In this document: one piece after another, positions 44,574 through 54,530 of the stretch
Numbering within the stretch: position 1 is the stretch's first letter
Layout of the letters: each line of letters begins with the position of its first letter
Source of the DNA: an uncultured delta proteobacterium
GTDB taxonomy: Bacteria; Desulfobacterota; Binatia; UBA9968
Reading direction: 5' to 3'
NCBI GenBank assembly: GCA_963804165.1
Contig: CAWDPO010000046.1
Coordinates: forward strand, 256,001 to 320,000
Length of the DNA stretch: 64,000 nt
The notes under the pieces: model-generated
The model's database searches: none
What the model was told of the DNA's origin: nothing
Seen by the model: only the letters and a program-made list of their open reading frames with translations
Translations under genes and position numbers: made by a program

Positions 44574-45329
44574 TCAAATCTTTGATAACATCAGCTCGAA
44601 CCACGGCGTTTCCTCGTCAACAAATTTGTTCGGGCGCTTTTCCACGTGGACCAAATCCAATCCGTACTTGGCTCGGAGAGTTTCTTCATGTAACGGAAGG
44701 AGCGGCGCCACCACTAGTTTAGCGGATGGAGCTAAAGCGGCCGTAATGCTACGCAAAGCCAGATCCAGTTGCGCTTCATTCAGATGATTTAGCACTGAGG
44801 AGGCCAAAATCACGTCGAAGGCTCGCTGAAAATGCGCAATTTCAAAGGTTGCAGAGTGGAGAAATCTCGGTTGCTTATGTTCGAGACGATGCAAGGGAAT
44901 TTCGTATTGTACCGCCGCTTCTAAACTTTGCAGATGTGCATCCACGCCGAAATAGTGCTTGCTGTCTAGGTAGCCGATCCGCCATATCCCGGCGCGTATG
45001 CTACCGCAGCCAAAGTCGAGCAGATGGTGAGAGGTTTGAAGCCCGCGTGAAATCAAGTAATCGGCAATGTCTCGACCGTGGCACCAGGGGTTTTGGTAGG
45101 ACTGATGATGATATTCCGTGAGTAACTGGGACCGGGCCAATTTAGGGCGGCGGACGATTTGTACATTGAGCGCTCGTTCCAAAAATGTTTTGAGTTTGTG
45201 TTGAAGTGCTAGAAAAAGTTTTCTATGAGATGGTCGATGTTCAAGACACTGGACCCAAGAATAATTGTCTTTCTTATCAATAGCGTTGTTGTCGGGTCGG
45301 GTAAATTCTATCGTGATTTGTTTGGCCAA
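44574..45329 (-). CDS. Class I SAM-dependent methyltransferase (start uncertain)
   Basis: LLDFGCGSIRAG, YFGVD, FDVILASSVLNH. Confidence 0.85.
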   Translation of the reverse strand: MAKQITIEFTRPDNNAIDKKDNYSWVQCLEHRPSHRKLFLALQHKLKTFLERALNVQIVRRPKLARSQLLTEYHHQSYQNPWCHGRDIADYLISRGLQTSHHLLDFGCGSIRAGIWRIGYLDSKHYFGVDAHLQSLEAAVQYEIPLHRLEHKQPRFLHSATFEIAHFQRAFDVILASSVLNHLNEAQLDLALRSITAALAPSAKLVVAPLLPLHEETLRAKYGLDLVHVEKRPNKFVDEETPWFELMLSKI

Positions 45330-45534
45330 GGCTATGCCTCTTCGTCTTGAACCTGCCGAGCTAAATGCCGGTTAAATAGCAAAAATCAGGATTAGCTGCA
45401 GAGTCGTGGCAGCGGGCTTTGCACGTTATATGTGCGTCGCTTGCGGCTAGTCATCAACAGATATCCTTGAGCTAGAGAGCCATTCTGGGCTGTTGGCTGT
45501 CCGGTAGTTTATGTTGAGGAGGCTAAGCGGATCA

Positions 45535-46844
45535 TTACCGTCCAAGCTCCCTTGGTCGGTTCTGTATCCATCGGCGGGTTATGAATTGAATCCACCAAAT
45601 TATAGACACGATGGGATCCTGGAAAAAGTACTTTGTGTAGGGGCTCCAAATCCTCTTTCTTCCCGAGAAATAGGTCTCCCTGATCCAGAGGACCAGTTCC
45701 CTCAGTGACATCGCAGGACCGCTCCGGTCGATGGGCTCTTTGCCCAAAATTCCGATGCGGAACCGATAGATGAGGAGGTCCACGAGTGCTTGGCTGAGCC
45801 GTACGCTGTGTTCGACCGGATCGACAAGCACCGATCCCACCGGATATTCTCGTATCGGTTCGACTTCCTCGCCCCGAGCGATTTTTAAAATCATTAGAGG
45901 TTCGTTGATTCCCGCTTCTGTCCTGTTCCAAAGTCCCCACCCAAGTCGGGGATTGATCTCCATCAATTTCGGGATGTTATCTCGGGGATCGATAAAGGTT
46001 TGAACCGTGATGCCTCCCCACCAACCGAGTTTCTGGATCATCTTTGCCGCATCCGTGGCATAGGGTTGCGAAGCCGGCGAATCCAAAACAAAAACTTGAC
46101 AAAACCGACGAGAATGATCGAGCAATTTTCGGCAGAAGACCATCTTCAACTCTCCCTTTTTATCGAGCGTAATGGCAAAGTTGTTAATGTGGCGACCGGG
46201 AATATATTCCTGCATCACGAATGTCCCGAAACTATTCTCGTTAATATGTGTTTTGTCCAATAGCTCCGGGAGATCCTTGATCAAGTGCATTCCCCGCCCT
46301 CCCGCGGTAAATCGGCGTTTCATGATTAGGGGGAAGCCCAAGTCGTTCGCAATGCGTCTGACATTCTCCTCAGTCTGTGGCAAAAACGTCTTCGGACACG
46401 GAAACCCCACTTCCTCCGCGGCCTGGATCGTCCGATACTTGTCCAGCGGCGTTATCACTGCCTCATAGTCTGGTATCGGGATCAGTACGCCCATTTTTTC
46501 AAATCTCACCTTGTTCTTGGAAAAAACATAGACGTGGGCATCGTAGGAGGGAAAGATGGTATCGATCTTCTCTTGCTCACAGATTCTCAGAATCGCTTGG
46601 ATATAAGTTTCTTCCCGCTCCGTGTTCTCCCTCCGGATTCTTCCCGCTCTCCAATCTTGCACAGGGGAAGGACGTAGTACCGTTTGTCGACAAGGCGGGA
46701 GTTGGCGGCGTGACAGAGCAGGGCCGCCAGGCGGTTCTTACCGTCTATTGTCACGACGAGCTTCTCACTATGAGGCCGCAGCGCTCGGATGATCGCGTAA
46801 GCTTGGGGATTACGGGTGTTGGTGACTAGAAGCCGCATCATCAT
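45535..46844 (-). CDS. ATP-grasp domain protein (frameshift at about 46670)
   Basis: DKYRT, PCPKT, GFPLIMK, QEYIPG, MEINPR; N-terminus MRLLVTN in ORF 46587-46844. Confidence 0.82.
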
Positions 46845-47071
46845 TATCTGCGGGCATCGCTGATCAAGGTCTCACACGCCCATGTCCGGAAAAGCAGCGT
46901 GCGTTTTCCGAGCCGTCGTGAATGCTAGAGCGGACGTTTGACTCGGATGATTTAACACTCTGGTAGCCAAGATCACGTCGAACAAGACGGCCACATTACG
47001 TGGGCGTTGCTTATACTCCAGGCACCAGCCTTGATCAACAGCTGACTCACTGACAACGCGATATCCAGCCA

Positions 47072-47434
47072 GGTTTCAAGCCCTTTTGCCCCGGCTGCAA
47101 GAAGCGCAGACCAGCCGCCTGGTGCTCAATTCGCTGCAAAAGGAAGAGCACTTCGACGCCATCGCGCGACACCGTGAAGGCGCTTTGTTCCAGCGACAAC
47201 GGGAAGGCATTCAAAGAGGGCATGGAAGATACGGCGCTGCACTTTCTTGAAACGAACAGAGCGGAGGTAGCAAAGCTTGCGGTCGCGGTTGGTCTTCAAG
47301 TCGGCGAAGGCGATCCTGGGCCGCTGGATATTCCATTTCTCACAGGACTCGTGCAGAAGAGTTTTGCTTTTTTCATGTCGCAGGAAAAGGCGAAACCAGA
47401 AGAAGAGCAGTCTTCGCTGATCATCAAGCCATAG
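47072..47434 (+). pseudogene. Diverged duplicate of the 3' end of 42786-43952
   Basis: Aligns with 43588-43952 (roughly 80% identity by eye), includes a 2-nt deletion, same SSLIIKP end. Confidence 0.9.
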
Positions 47435-47487
47435 CGGCGTGGTGATGCTTCTATTTTCTATGGCCAGATTAGGCGGTTAAATTACCC

Positions 47488-48771
47488 CTACGCTCTCACT
47501 CGGCTGCAGATATCCAGGACGATCAGCGCATAAAGCTTGGCCGCATTGACCATTGTATCGATCTCGATCTCTTCGTTGCGGGGGCCGATGCGGCGGCCGC
47601 GGGGGCCGATTTTGATGGCGGGAATGCCAAGCTCGTTGTAAACATTCGTATCCGTCCAGATGCTGGCGCGGTCAGGGGCTTCGTGTTTGATCTTCTCGCC
47701 GAAAAGGTACTGATAACTTTCCTCCGCTGATTTCACCAGCGGTTCGACATTTTTACCCTCGTGGCCAAGCAACGACTTGTAGAGGTCCATCTGATAGTCG
47801 AGGCCGGTGGCGTTGAGCGTCTTTTCGAGTTCGTACTGGATCTGCACCGGCCGCACCTGGGGCGGCATGCGGATGTCCACATAGATCGAGCAGACGCCGG
47901 GAAAATAGTTGGGCCGATAGGGTGCGCCGCCTTCGATGGCACCGATGTTAACTTTGGGATAGAGCGGGCCAGTGGGCGATTGGTAGACGTATTTCGCTTC
48001 GAATTCCGTACCCCAGCGCTCAACGGCGTCGATGATCTTGGTCATCTTGACGATGGCGTTCATCTTCATCATCGGATGCGTTTCGCGATTCGATCCCCAG
48101 GCCGCTTCGGCTTTGCCGTAGGTTTGGATTTTTACCTGTACCACTCCGTTCTGCGTCCAGACGATATTCATGTCGGAGCCGTCGGCACAGAGCGCATAAT
48201 CGGAGTGCATGCCGTGGGTAAGCAAATGGCGCGTGCCGGCGCCTTCGCCACGATATTCCTTGGTCTGCCAGGGACCGATTGGCGTGCGCGAAATTTCGCC
48301 GACGACAGCGGCGAGAATCACATCGCCTTTGAGTTTTACGCCGCTTTTCCTGAGTGCTTTGCCGGCTATCATGAACGCGGCTACGCCGCCCTTCATGTTG
48401 GATATGCCCAAGCCCTGGACTTTGCCGCCGACAATTTTTCCTGCGAGCTCCGCTTCCGGTTCCATGTTAGCCACCATGCGGCGGTCTTCTTCCGTGCCGG
48501 TGAAGCTCGTGTCGGTGTGACCGTTAAAGCCCAGGCTCAGTCCCGTGCCGTCGCCTTTGACGATGCCGACGGCATTGGGCCTGTCGAATTCTACGTCCTG
48601 GCGTACGGCTTTGATGCCGTTGGCCGCGTACCAATTCAAAATAAACTCACCAATCGCCTTTTCCTGCCCCGTGGGACTCGGGATGCTAGTGAGGTCGCAA
48701 CCGAGTTGCGCCAATTCGTCGCGGTCAATTTGATCTAGGACTTTCTTCGATGTTTCCTTGTCGAGCGCCAT
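47488..48771 (-). CDS. M20/M25/M40 metallopeptidase (ArgE/DapE-like)
   Basis: FNGHTD, GISNMKGG, VVGE motifs. Confidence 0.88.
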   Translation of the reverse strand: MALDKETSKKVLDQIDRDELAQLGCDLTSIPSPTGQEKAIGEFILNWYAANGIKAVRQDVEFDRPNAVGIVKGDGTGLSLGFNGHTDTSFTGTEEDRRMVANMEPEAELAGKIVGGKVQGLGISNMKGGVAAFMIAGKALRKSGVKLKGDVILAAVVGEISRTPIGPWQTKEYRGEGAGTRHLLTHGMHSDYALCADGSDMNIVWTQNGVVQVKIQTYGKAEAAWGSNRETHPMMKMNAIVKMTKIIDAVERWGTEFEAKYVYQSPTGPLYPKVNIGAIEGGAPYRPNYFPGVCSIYVDIRMPPQVRPVQIQYELEKTLNATGLDYQMDLYKSLLGHEGKNVEPLVKSAEESYQYLFGEKIKHEAPDRASIWTDTNVYNELGIPAIKIGPRGRRIGPRNEEIEIDTMVNAAKLYALIVLDICSRVRA

Positions 48772-48961
48772 CTGTTCCTCCGAGAAAAATGATCGCGTCC
48801 AGGTAACTATACCGTAGAAAGCAAGTCAAACGAGGTCGGGACGGGATTCCCCATTCTTGCAAATTCAGCCGGCGCTCTTTAGAGTCGGAGCCGGCATTCC
48901 GACCGACCCACAACACTCGATGCCTCCCAACAAAAATTTATGGATCATCCTCAGGAGATCT

Positions 48962-49462
48962 ATGGACACTTCAACGGTCGTCATGATGGCGGCGGCGCTG
49001 ATTATGCTCGCCTTTGTTTATTTCAAGTCGCCGGAAGCCGCCAACAAAGGGCTTCACGCGACCGGATCTCTGATTCTTGAAATCACTCCTCGGATGATCG
49101 CGGCGTTTTTACTCGCGGGACTATTTCAGGCGATCGTGCCCCAGGAACTGATTGTCCAATGGATGGGGCATGGCTCGGGATTCAAAGGCATTTTGATCGG
49201 TATGACTTTGGGTGGCATAACTCCGGGCGGGCCGATGACGCATTTCCCCGTGATCGCCACATTTTTTAAAATGGGCGTCGGTATCGGTCCTTTGGTCGCT
49301 TACCTGACGGCGTGGTCGCTCTTCGGCATGCAACGCATTATAATGTGGGAAATCCCGTTTTTGGGTGCTAAAGTTGTCGCGATCCGGTTCGCCGTGAGCT
49401 TTTTCTTTCCGATTATCGCCGGTTGGCTCTGCGAGCTGGTCTGGAACAAATTGCACGTCTAA
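48962..49462 (+). CDS. Putative permease (DUF318/ArsP-like half-size)
   Basis: Hydrophobic; TPGGP..FP and GPLVAYLTAW motifs. Confidence 0.75.
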   Translation: MDTSTVVMMAAALIMLAFVYFKSPEAANKGLHATGSLILEITPRMIAAFLLAGLFQAIVPQELIVQWMGHGSGFKGILIGMTLGGITPGGPMTHFPVIATFFKMGVGIGPLVAYLTAWSLFGMQRIIMWEIPFLGAKVVAIRFAVSFFFPIIAGWLCELVWNKLHV

Positions 49463-49468
49463 GAAGGT

Positions 49469-50749
49469 ATGAACCGAAGAGAGTTTTTGAAAATCGTCGC
49501 CGGCGGGAGTCTCGCTGCTCCTGGTCTGTTCGGTCCATCCGGTTGCGCGACGGTTCTTCCGCCAACGGTCTCGGATACCGGGTTGTCGCTCTACTGTATT
49601 GCCGGAGACGTGACGGACAGGGAAGCACTGGTGTGGTTACGCACCGAGCCCAACAGCCTAGTCGCTTTACAGTATGGCAAAGAGGCGCGCCTGGCGGAAT
49701 ACGACGTGACGAAACTGGTTTCCGTCGATCCCGCAGCGGACTATACGGTCAAAATTCTTCTTGACGATTTGCAGCCTGCGACGCGCTACTATTATCGCGC
49801 CGCGGTGAGCGGTAAGGCTCCGGGGCCGATCGGAAGTTTTGTCACTGCGCCGAGGCTTGACGACGATCGCAAGGTAACTTTTTGCTTCAGCGGCGACACG
49901 CGGGAAAGCTACAAACCGTTTACGGTTATGAACGCCGTTCATGCCCAGCGGCCGGATTTTTTCCTGCACTTGGGCGATACGATTTACGCCGATCGAAACG
50001 GCAGCGCGCGGCAACTCGGCGAGTTCTGGGCAAAGTACCACACCAACCGCGACGACCCCGCGACCCGCAATTGTTTCAACGATACCAGTGTCTACGTGGT
50101 CTGGGACGATCACGAAGTTGTCGACAACTATGCTTCCGGCAATCTGCTCGCCGCGATCGGTCAGCGCGCGTTTCTCGATTATTGGCCTGTGCGCTGTCCG
50201 GCCAACGAGCCGAAGCGCATTTACCGTTCATTCCGCTGGGGCAAGGCGGTCGAGTTGTTCATACTCGACACGCGCCAATATCGGGATTGGAATAAATCGA
50301 CCATGTTGGGCGGAACGCAAAAAGAATGGCTCTTTGCGCGCCTCGCTCAATCCTCAGCGACTTTCAAGTTTATCGCAACGTCGGTGCCCATGGCGGGAGG
50401 CGGAAGTGATCGTTGGGACGGATTTCCGAAGGAGCAAGCCGAGATCTTGGCCTATATCCGCGATGCAAAAATCCGCGGCATATGTTTTCTGAGCGCCGAT
50501 ATGCACTGCGCGGCGATCACAAAGATTCCCAAGTCGCGCGGGCTCAAAGATATCACCGCAGGGCCGCTGGCTGCGCCGCTCAATCGAGTCACCGACGGCA
50601 CGGCGCGACGATACGAATATTACTTGGCGGAGAATTTCAACTTTGCAAAGATCACGGTTGATCCGAAAACGGATCCGACAAAGGCGTCGGTCGAGTTCAT
50701 CGATCAGGACAACCAAGTTTTTCATCGCACGACAATTCAAGCGGGCTGA
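49469..50749 (+). CDS. phoD: Alkaline phosphatase D family protein (Tat signal)
   Basis: NRREFL, HLGDTIYAD, WDDHE, LDTRQYR, WDGF, SADMH. Confidence 0.9.
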   Translation: MNRREFLKIVAGGSLAAPGLFGPSGCATVLPPTVSDTGLSLYCIAGDVTDREALVWLRTEPNSLVALQYGKEARLAEYDVTKLVSVDPAADYTVKILLDDLQPATRYYYRAAVSGKAPGPIGSFVTAPRLDDDRKVTFCFSGDTRESYKPFTVMNAVHAQRPDFFLHLGDTIYADRNGSARQLGEFWAKYHTNRDDPATRNCFNDTSVYVVWDDHEVVDNYASGNLLAAIGQRAFLDYWPVRCPANEPKRIYRSFRWGKAVELFILDTRQYRDWNKSTMLGGTQKEWLFARLAQSSATFKFIATSVPMAGGGSDRWDGFPKEQAEILAYIRDAKIRGICFLSADMHCAAITKIPKSRGLKDITAGPLAAPLNRVTDGTARRYEYYLAENFNFAKITVDPKTDPTKASVEFIDQDNQVFHRTTIQAG

Positions 50750-50911
50750 CTCGGTTGTAATTCAGTTCTAGCCTAGCGATGGGCACCCCCATCTTAATCT
50801 TCCCTCGTTGAAGGGAGAAAAATCGCAAAAAACTGCACTTCCCAGTAAGCCAAAGACGGTTTAGCCGTCCACATTCGCACCGGTGGTTCTTCATAAAGAA
50901 CAGGATTCGGT

Positions 50912-51880
50912 TTATCGACGGTTCTTTAAGGCTTCGGGGTTGAGGGCGCGGGTGAGCTTGCCGTTCATGTAATCGAGAATATTGGTTACGGCGTTTTCGG
51001 CGAAGCCTTCGAAGCCCGAATCCGTCGGCCAGCCAAGGTGCGGCGTCAGCACGACATTTTCCAACTCAAGCAGCGCGTGGTCTTTCGTGATCGGTTCTTG
51101 GACAAAAACGTCGAGAGCGGCGCCGGCGATGGCATTCTCCTTCAAAAGTTTGACCAGAGCCGTTTCGTCGACAATGGCGCCACGTGCGGTGTTTATCAGA
51201 TAGGCCGACTTTTTCATCAAGCGGAGACGCGCCTCGTTCAAGAGATTTCGGCTCTGGTCCGAAAGGGCCAGATGCACCGAGACAACATCGGCGGTCTTGA
51301 GAACTTCTTCCAGCGGCATGAACGTCGCCTCTGATTTCGCGGCGCGTTCGCTGGTCAGCGTCGGCCCCCAGGCGATAACTTTCATGCCGAAGGCGTGACC
51401 GATAGCCGCGACCTCCGTGCCGATTTTCCCAAGTCCCAATATGCCGAGCGTTTTGCCTCTGAGCACGTAGCCGAGCACGAGCGGCCATTCGCCACGGCGC
51501 ATGGCGCGGTCGCTCTGCGGGATGCGGCGCATAACCGCAAGCATCAAACCGAAGGCCAGCTCCGTCGTGCTGTTGCCGCCGGGCGCCAGGCTGACGACGA
51601 TGCCCTGTTTCGTCGCCGTGTCCATGTCGACGTGGTAGACGTGATTGCCGGTTTGAGAAATGTATTCGAGATCCGGCAGCGCGCGCAGCAGCGATGCCGT
51701 AAACCTCGTGCGCTCGCGCACGGGAATGATGACCGGCGAGTCTTTGAGCGCTTCGATGACAGCGGCTTCGGACGGAAGTTTTTCCGTCAGGATCCTCACA
51801 TCGACTTTTTGCCGCAAGCGCTGGATCGCTTCGGTGGCCTGGAAAGCGCGCTGATAATCGTCGAGGACGGTTACTTTCAT
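50912..51880 (-). CDS. D-2-hydroxyacid dehydrogenase family protein
   Basis: LDDYQ, RERT, GLGKIG, NTARG, TPHLG. Confidence 0.93.
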   Translation of the reverse strand: MKVTVLDDYQRAFQATEAIQRLRQKVDVRILTEKLPSEAAVIEALKDSPVIIPVRERTRFTASLLRALPDLEYISQTGNHVYHVDMDTATKQGIVVSLAPGGNSTTELAFGLMLAVMRRIPQSDRAMRRGEWPLVLGYVLRGKTLGILGLGKIGTEVAAIGHAFGMKVIAWGPTLTSERAAKSEATFMPLEEVLKTADVVSVHLALSDQSRNLLNEARLRLMKKSAYLINTARGAIVDETALVKLLKENAIAGAALDVFVQEPITKDHALLELENVVLTPHLGWPTDSGFEGFAENAVTNILDYMNGKLTRALNPEALKNRR

Positions 51881-52269
51881 TTAATGACGGCGATCCCCGC
51901 GATCTCGATCAGATAGTCGGGATGGGCCAGTCCTTTGACGATGACGAGCGTGCTGGTCGCCGGATCCTTTTTGTAAAGGCCGCGGCGAACTTCGTTGTAG
52001 CCTTCACGGTATTCTCGATCGACGATGTATGTCGTCGTCATCACCAAATCGTCGATGGTGCCACCGGCTGCTTTGAGCACGGCTTTGAGGTTATCGAAAA
52101 CTTGCTGGGTTTGGGCCTTGATATCGCCCTTGCCGACGACGTTGCCGTCTTTGTCCGAAGCGGTCTGGCCGGCGATAAAGAGCAGCTTGCCGCCCTGGTT
52201 GAGAATGCCTTGGCTATAACGGGGCCGTGGGTCATTCAAGGTTTTCGGTTGGATAGTTTTACGCGCCAT
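51877..52269 (-). CDS. RidA (YjgF/UK114) family protein
   Basis: YSQG, FIAGQ, PATST, LIEIAGIA. Confidence 0.9.
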   Translation of the reverse strand: MARKTIQPKTLNDPRPRYSQGILNQGGKLLFIAGQTASDKDGNVVGKGDIKAQTQQVFDNLKAVLKAAGGTIDDLVMTTTYIVDREYREGYNEVRRGLYKKDPATSTLVIVKGLAHPDYLIEIAGIAVIK

Positions 52270-52296
52270 GATTGCCTCCCTTGGGTTGATGCAAAT

Positions 52297-52378
52297 TGGA
52301 GTAATGGAGTAGTGGAGTGTTGGAGTATTGGGTCCGGAAAAACCAGCACTCCATCCTCCAATCGACTCCACACTCGGT
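52297..52378. repeat. 8-bp TGGAGTRD tandem repeat followed by inverted ACTCCA units
   Basis: TGGAGTAA TGGAGTAG TGGAGTGT TGGAGTAT .. ACTCCA..CTCCA..ACTCCA. Confidence 0.8.
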
Positions 52379-53377
52379 TTATTTTACCGGGTATCGTTTC
52401 GCCATCTCGTTGAAGAAACCTTCTTTCTCAAGTTCCTGCAAAAAACTCAAGTCCACGAATTGCTCGGGTTTGAAGTTTTTGGCCTGTGGCAGGGTTGGCG
52501 TAAGGACGTCGAGCATGAACTGGATTCCTTTGAGCGTGGGGTAAGGCTTTTTAGGAATCGATTTGATGTAGCCGTTGTAAGAGTCTTCGAGCACCTCGGG
52601 ATTATTGGTGCGCATGTACTTGGCGAAGACCCGCTGGGTCTCCTTCTTGTTGGCATACACGAAATAGATCGCTTCGACGAAACCTTTGAGGGCATTTTTC
52701 ACCGTGTCGCGGTTGCTCGCGATATAGGCGCGCGAGGTGGCGAAGCCGTTGCCTTGCACTTCCACGCCAAGATCGCCGACCGAGACAATTTCCGTCAGGC
52801 CCGCTTTGCGCGCCAGCGGCGCGGCCGAAGTCGCGACGTAGGTGGCGTCGAGCACGCCGGTGGTGACGCTGGCGATACGCTCGGTGTCGAGGCCGGCCGG
52901 GATGAGCGTCAATTCCTTTATATCCGCATTAATGTGCCTGGCGACGATGATTGAGGCGTAGTGGGTCGCCGAATTGAAGCCGGTGATGCCAATGCGCTTG
53001 CCCTTGAGCTGTTCCAATTGGGTGATACCGGACCGGGTGAAAACAATTAGATCATACTTATTTTCCACCGCGGCAACGAGGACGACGTTATGGCCCTGAA
53101 TCGTAGCCTGGACGACGGTGCCGATATTGACGATGGGCGGATCGCCGCTCACCAGCGCCTGGGTTGCCACCTGCCCGCCGCGAAAAAGGATCGGTTCGAC
53201 TTCCAGCCCGTACTTGTTGAAGAGCCCCATCTCTTTGGCGACCCAAACATTGCTTTGCCGAAAGCTGAGGGACGGGTAACCGATCTTGATCTTTTTGAGC
53301 TGCTGGGTTTGAGTCGTGGGCGCTGCAGCCAAATGGCATGAAACTAGTATGACGAATAAGGCAGATACTCGTTTCAT
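52379..53377 (-). CDS. NitT/TauT-family binding protein (paralog of 53485-54486)
   Basis: Signal peptide, GYPSLSFRQSNVWVAKE, KPYPT. Confidence 0.9.
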   Translation of the reverse strand: MKRVSALFVILVSCHLAAAPTTQTQQLKKIKIGYPSLSFRQSNVWVAKEMGLFNKYGLEVEPILFRGGQVATQALVSGDPPIVNIGTVVQATIQGHNVVLVAAVENKYDLIVFTRSGITQLEQLKGKRIGITGFNSATHYASIIVARHINADIKELTLIPAGLDTERIASVTTGVLDATYVATSAAPLARKAGLTEIVSVGDLGVEVQGNGFATSRAYIASNRDTVKNALKGFVEAIYFVYANKKETQRVFAKYMRTNNPEVLEDSYNGYIKSIPKKPYPTLKGIQFMLDVLTPTLPQAKNFKPEQFVDLSFLQELEKEGFFNEMAKRYPVK

Positions 53378-53395
53378 GTGATCACCTCGATAAGA

Positions 53396-53471
53396 TTGGA
53401 GTGTTGGAGTAGTGGAGTGTTGGTTTTTTCCGTACCATTACTCCATCACTCCAATAACCCATCACTCCAAT
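53396..53471. repeat. 8-bp TGGAGT/ACTCCA inverted tandem repeat
   Basis: TGGAGTGT TGGAGTAG TGGAGTGT .. TACTCCA TCACTCCA .. TCACTCCA. Confidence 0.8.
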
Positions 53472-53484
53472 TCTTCACGCGTTC

Positions 53485-54486
53485 CTACTTCGTCGGATAC
53501 CGTTTCGCCATCTCGTTGAAAAAACCTTCCTTCTCAAGTTCCTGCAAAAAGCTCAAATCCACGAACTGCTCGGGCTTGGCGTTCTTTGCCTGTGGTAGCT
53601 GGGGCGCGACCATATCCAACATGAATTGAATGCCCTTGAGCGTTGGGTAAGGCTTCTTGGGAATCCACTTGATGTAGCCAGTGTAAGAGTCTTCAAGGAT
53701 CTCCTGATCGTTGGTGCGCATATATTTGGCGAAGACTTTCTGCGCTTCTTTCTTATTCGCGTAGACGAAATAAATCGCTTCGACAAAGCCTTTGAGCGCG
53801 TTTTTCACCGTGTCGCGGTTGCTGGCGATGTAGGAACGCGAGGTGGCAAAGCCATTGCCTTGCACCTCGACACCCAAGTCCGCGAGGTGGAGTAGCTCCG
53901 CAAAGCCAGCCTTTCGCGCGGGCGCGGAGGCGGAAGACGTGAAAAACGTCGCATCGATCCGGTTGGCGATCATGGCGCCGAAACGTTCGGCGTCAGGCCC
54001 CGCCGGTACAAGCGCGACGTCCTTATTGATTTCTAAATTGAGATGCTTGAATAGAATAGTCGCGGCGTTATGTGTCGCCGAGCCGAAGCCGCTGATGCCG
54101 AACTTTTTCCCTTTGAGCTCTTCGAGCTTATTGATGCCTTTGCGCGCGAACACGATCTGATCATAGGTGGTTTCCACGGCGGCCACCAACACGAGGTTGT
54201 AACCTTGCAAGCTGGCCTGGACCACGGTGCCGATGTTGACGATCGGCGGATCGCCGGCCACCAGAGCTTGCGTGGCCATTTGACCGCCGCGCAAGAAGAT
54301 CGGTTCCACTTCCAGACCGTACTTTTCGAACAACTTCATTTCCTTGGCCACCCAGACGTTGGACTGGCGAAAACTCAAGGAAGGGTAACCGATCCGAATT
54401 TTCTTTAATGCCTGGGCGTCTGCCGGGTCGGCGCCGACGCCTATTATTAGGGTTAATGCCATCAGGATGCCAAGAACAAATTTCAT
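53485..54486 (-). CDS. NitT/TauT-family binding protein
   Basis: Own signal peptide MKFVLGILMAL..ADA; highly similar to 52379-53377. Confidence 0.88.
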   Translation of the reverse strand: MKFVLGILMALTLIIGVGADPADAQALKKIRIGYPSLSFRQSNVWVAKEMKLFEKYGLEVEPIFLRGGQMATQALVAGDPPIVNIGTVVQASLQGYNLVLVAAVETTYDQIVFARKGINKLEELKGKKFGISGFGSATHNAATILFKHLNLEINKDVALVPAGPDAERFGAMIANRIDATFFTSSASAPARKAGFAELLHLADLGVEVQGNGFATSRSYIASNRDTVKNALKGFVEAIYFVYANKKEAQKVFAKYMRTNDQEILEDSYTGYIKWIPKKPYPTLKGIQFMLDMVAPQLPQAKNAKPEQFVDLSFLQELEKEGFFNEMAKRYPTK

Positions 54487-54530
54487 GCGTAAAAACCTTT
54501 CAGCTAATCTATTATTATTACTGCCGCAAT

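Noticed and set aside
43588-47434. Diversity-generating retroelement VR/TR pair
   Set aside because: Mismatches between the two copies are not adenine-specific, and no reverse transcriptase is present in the window
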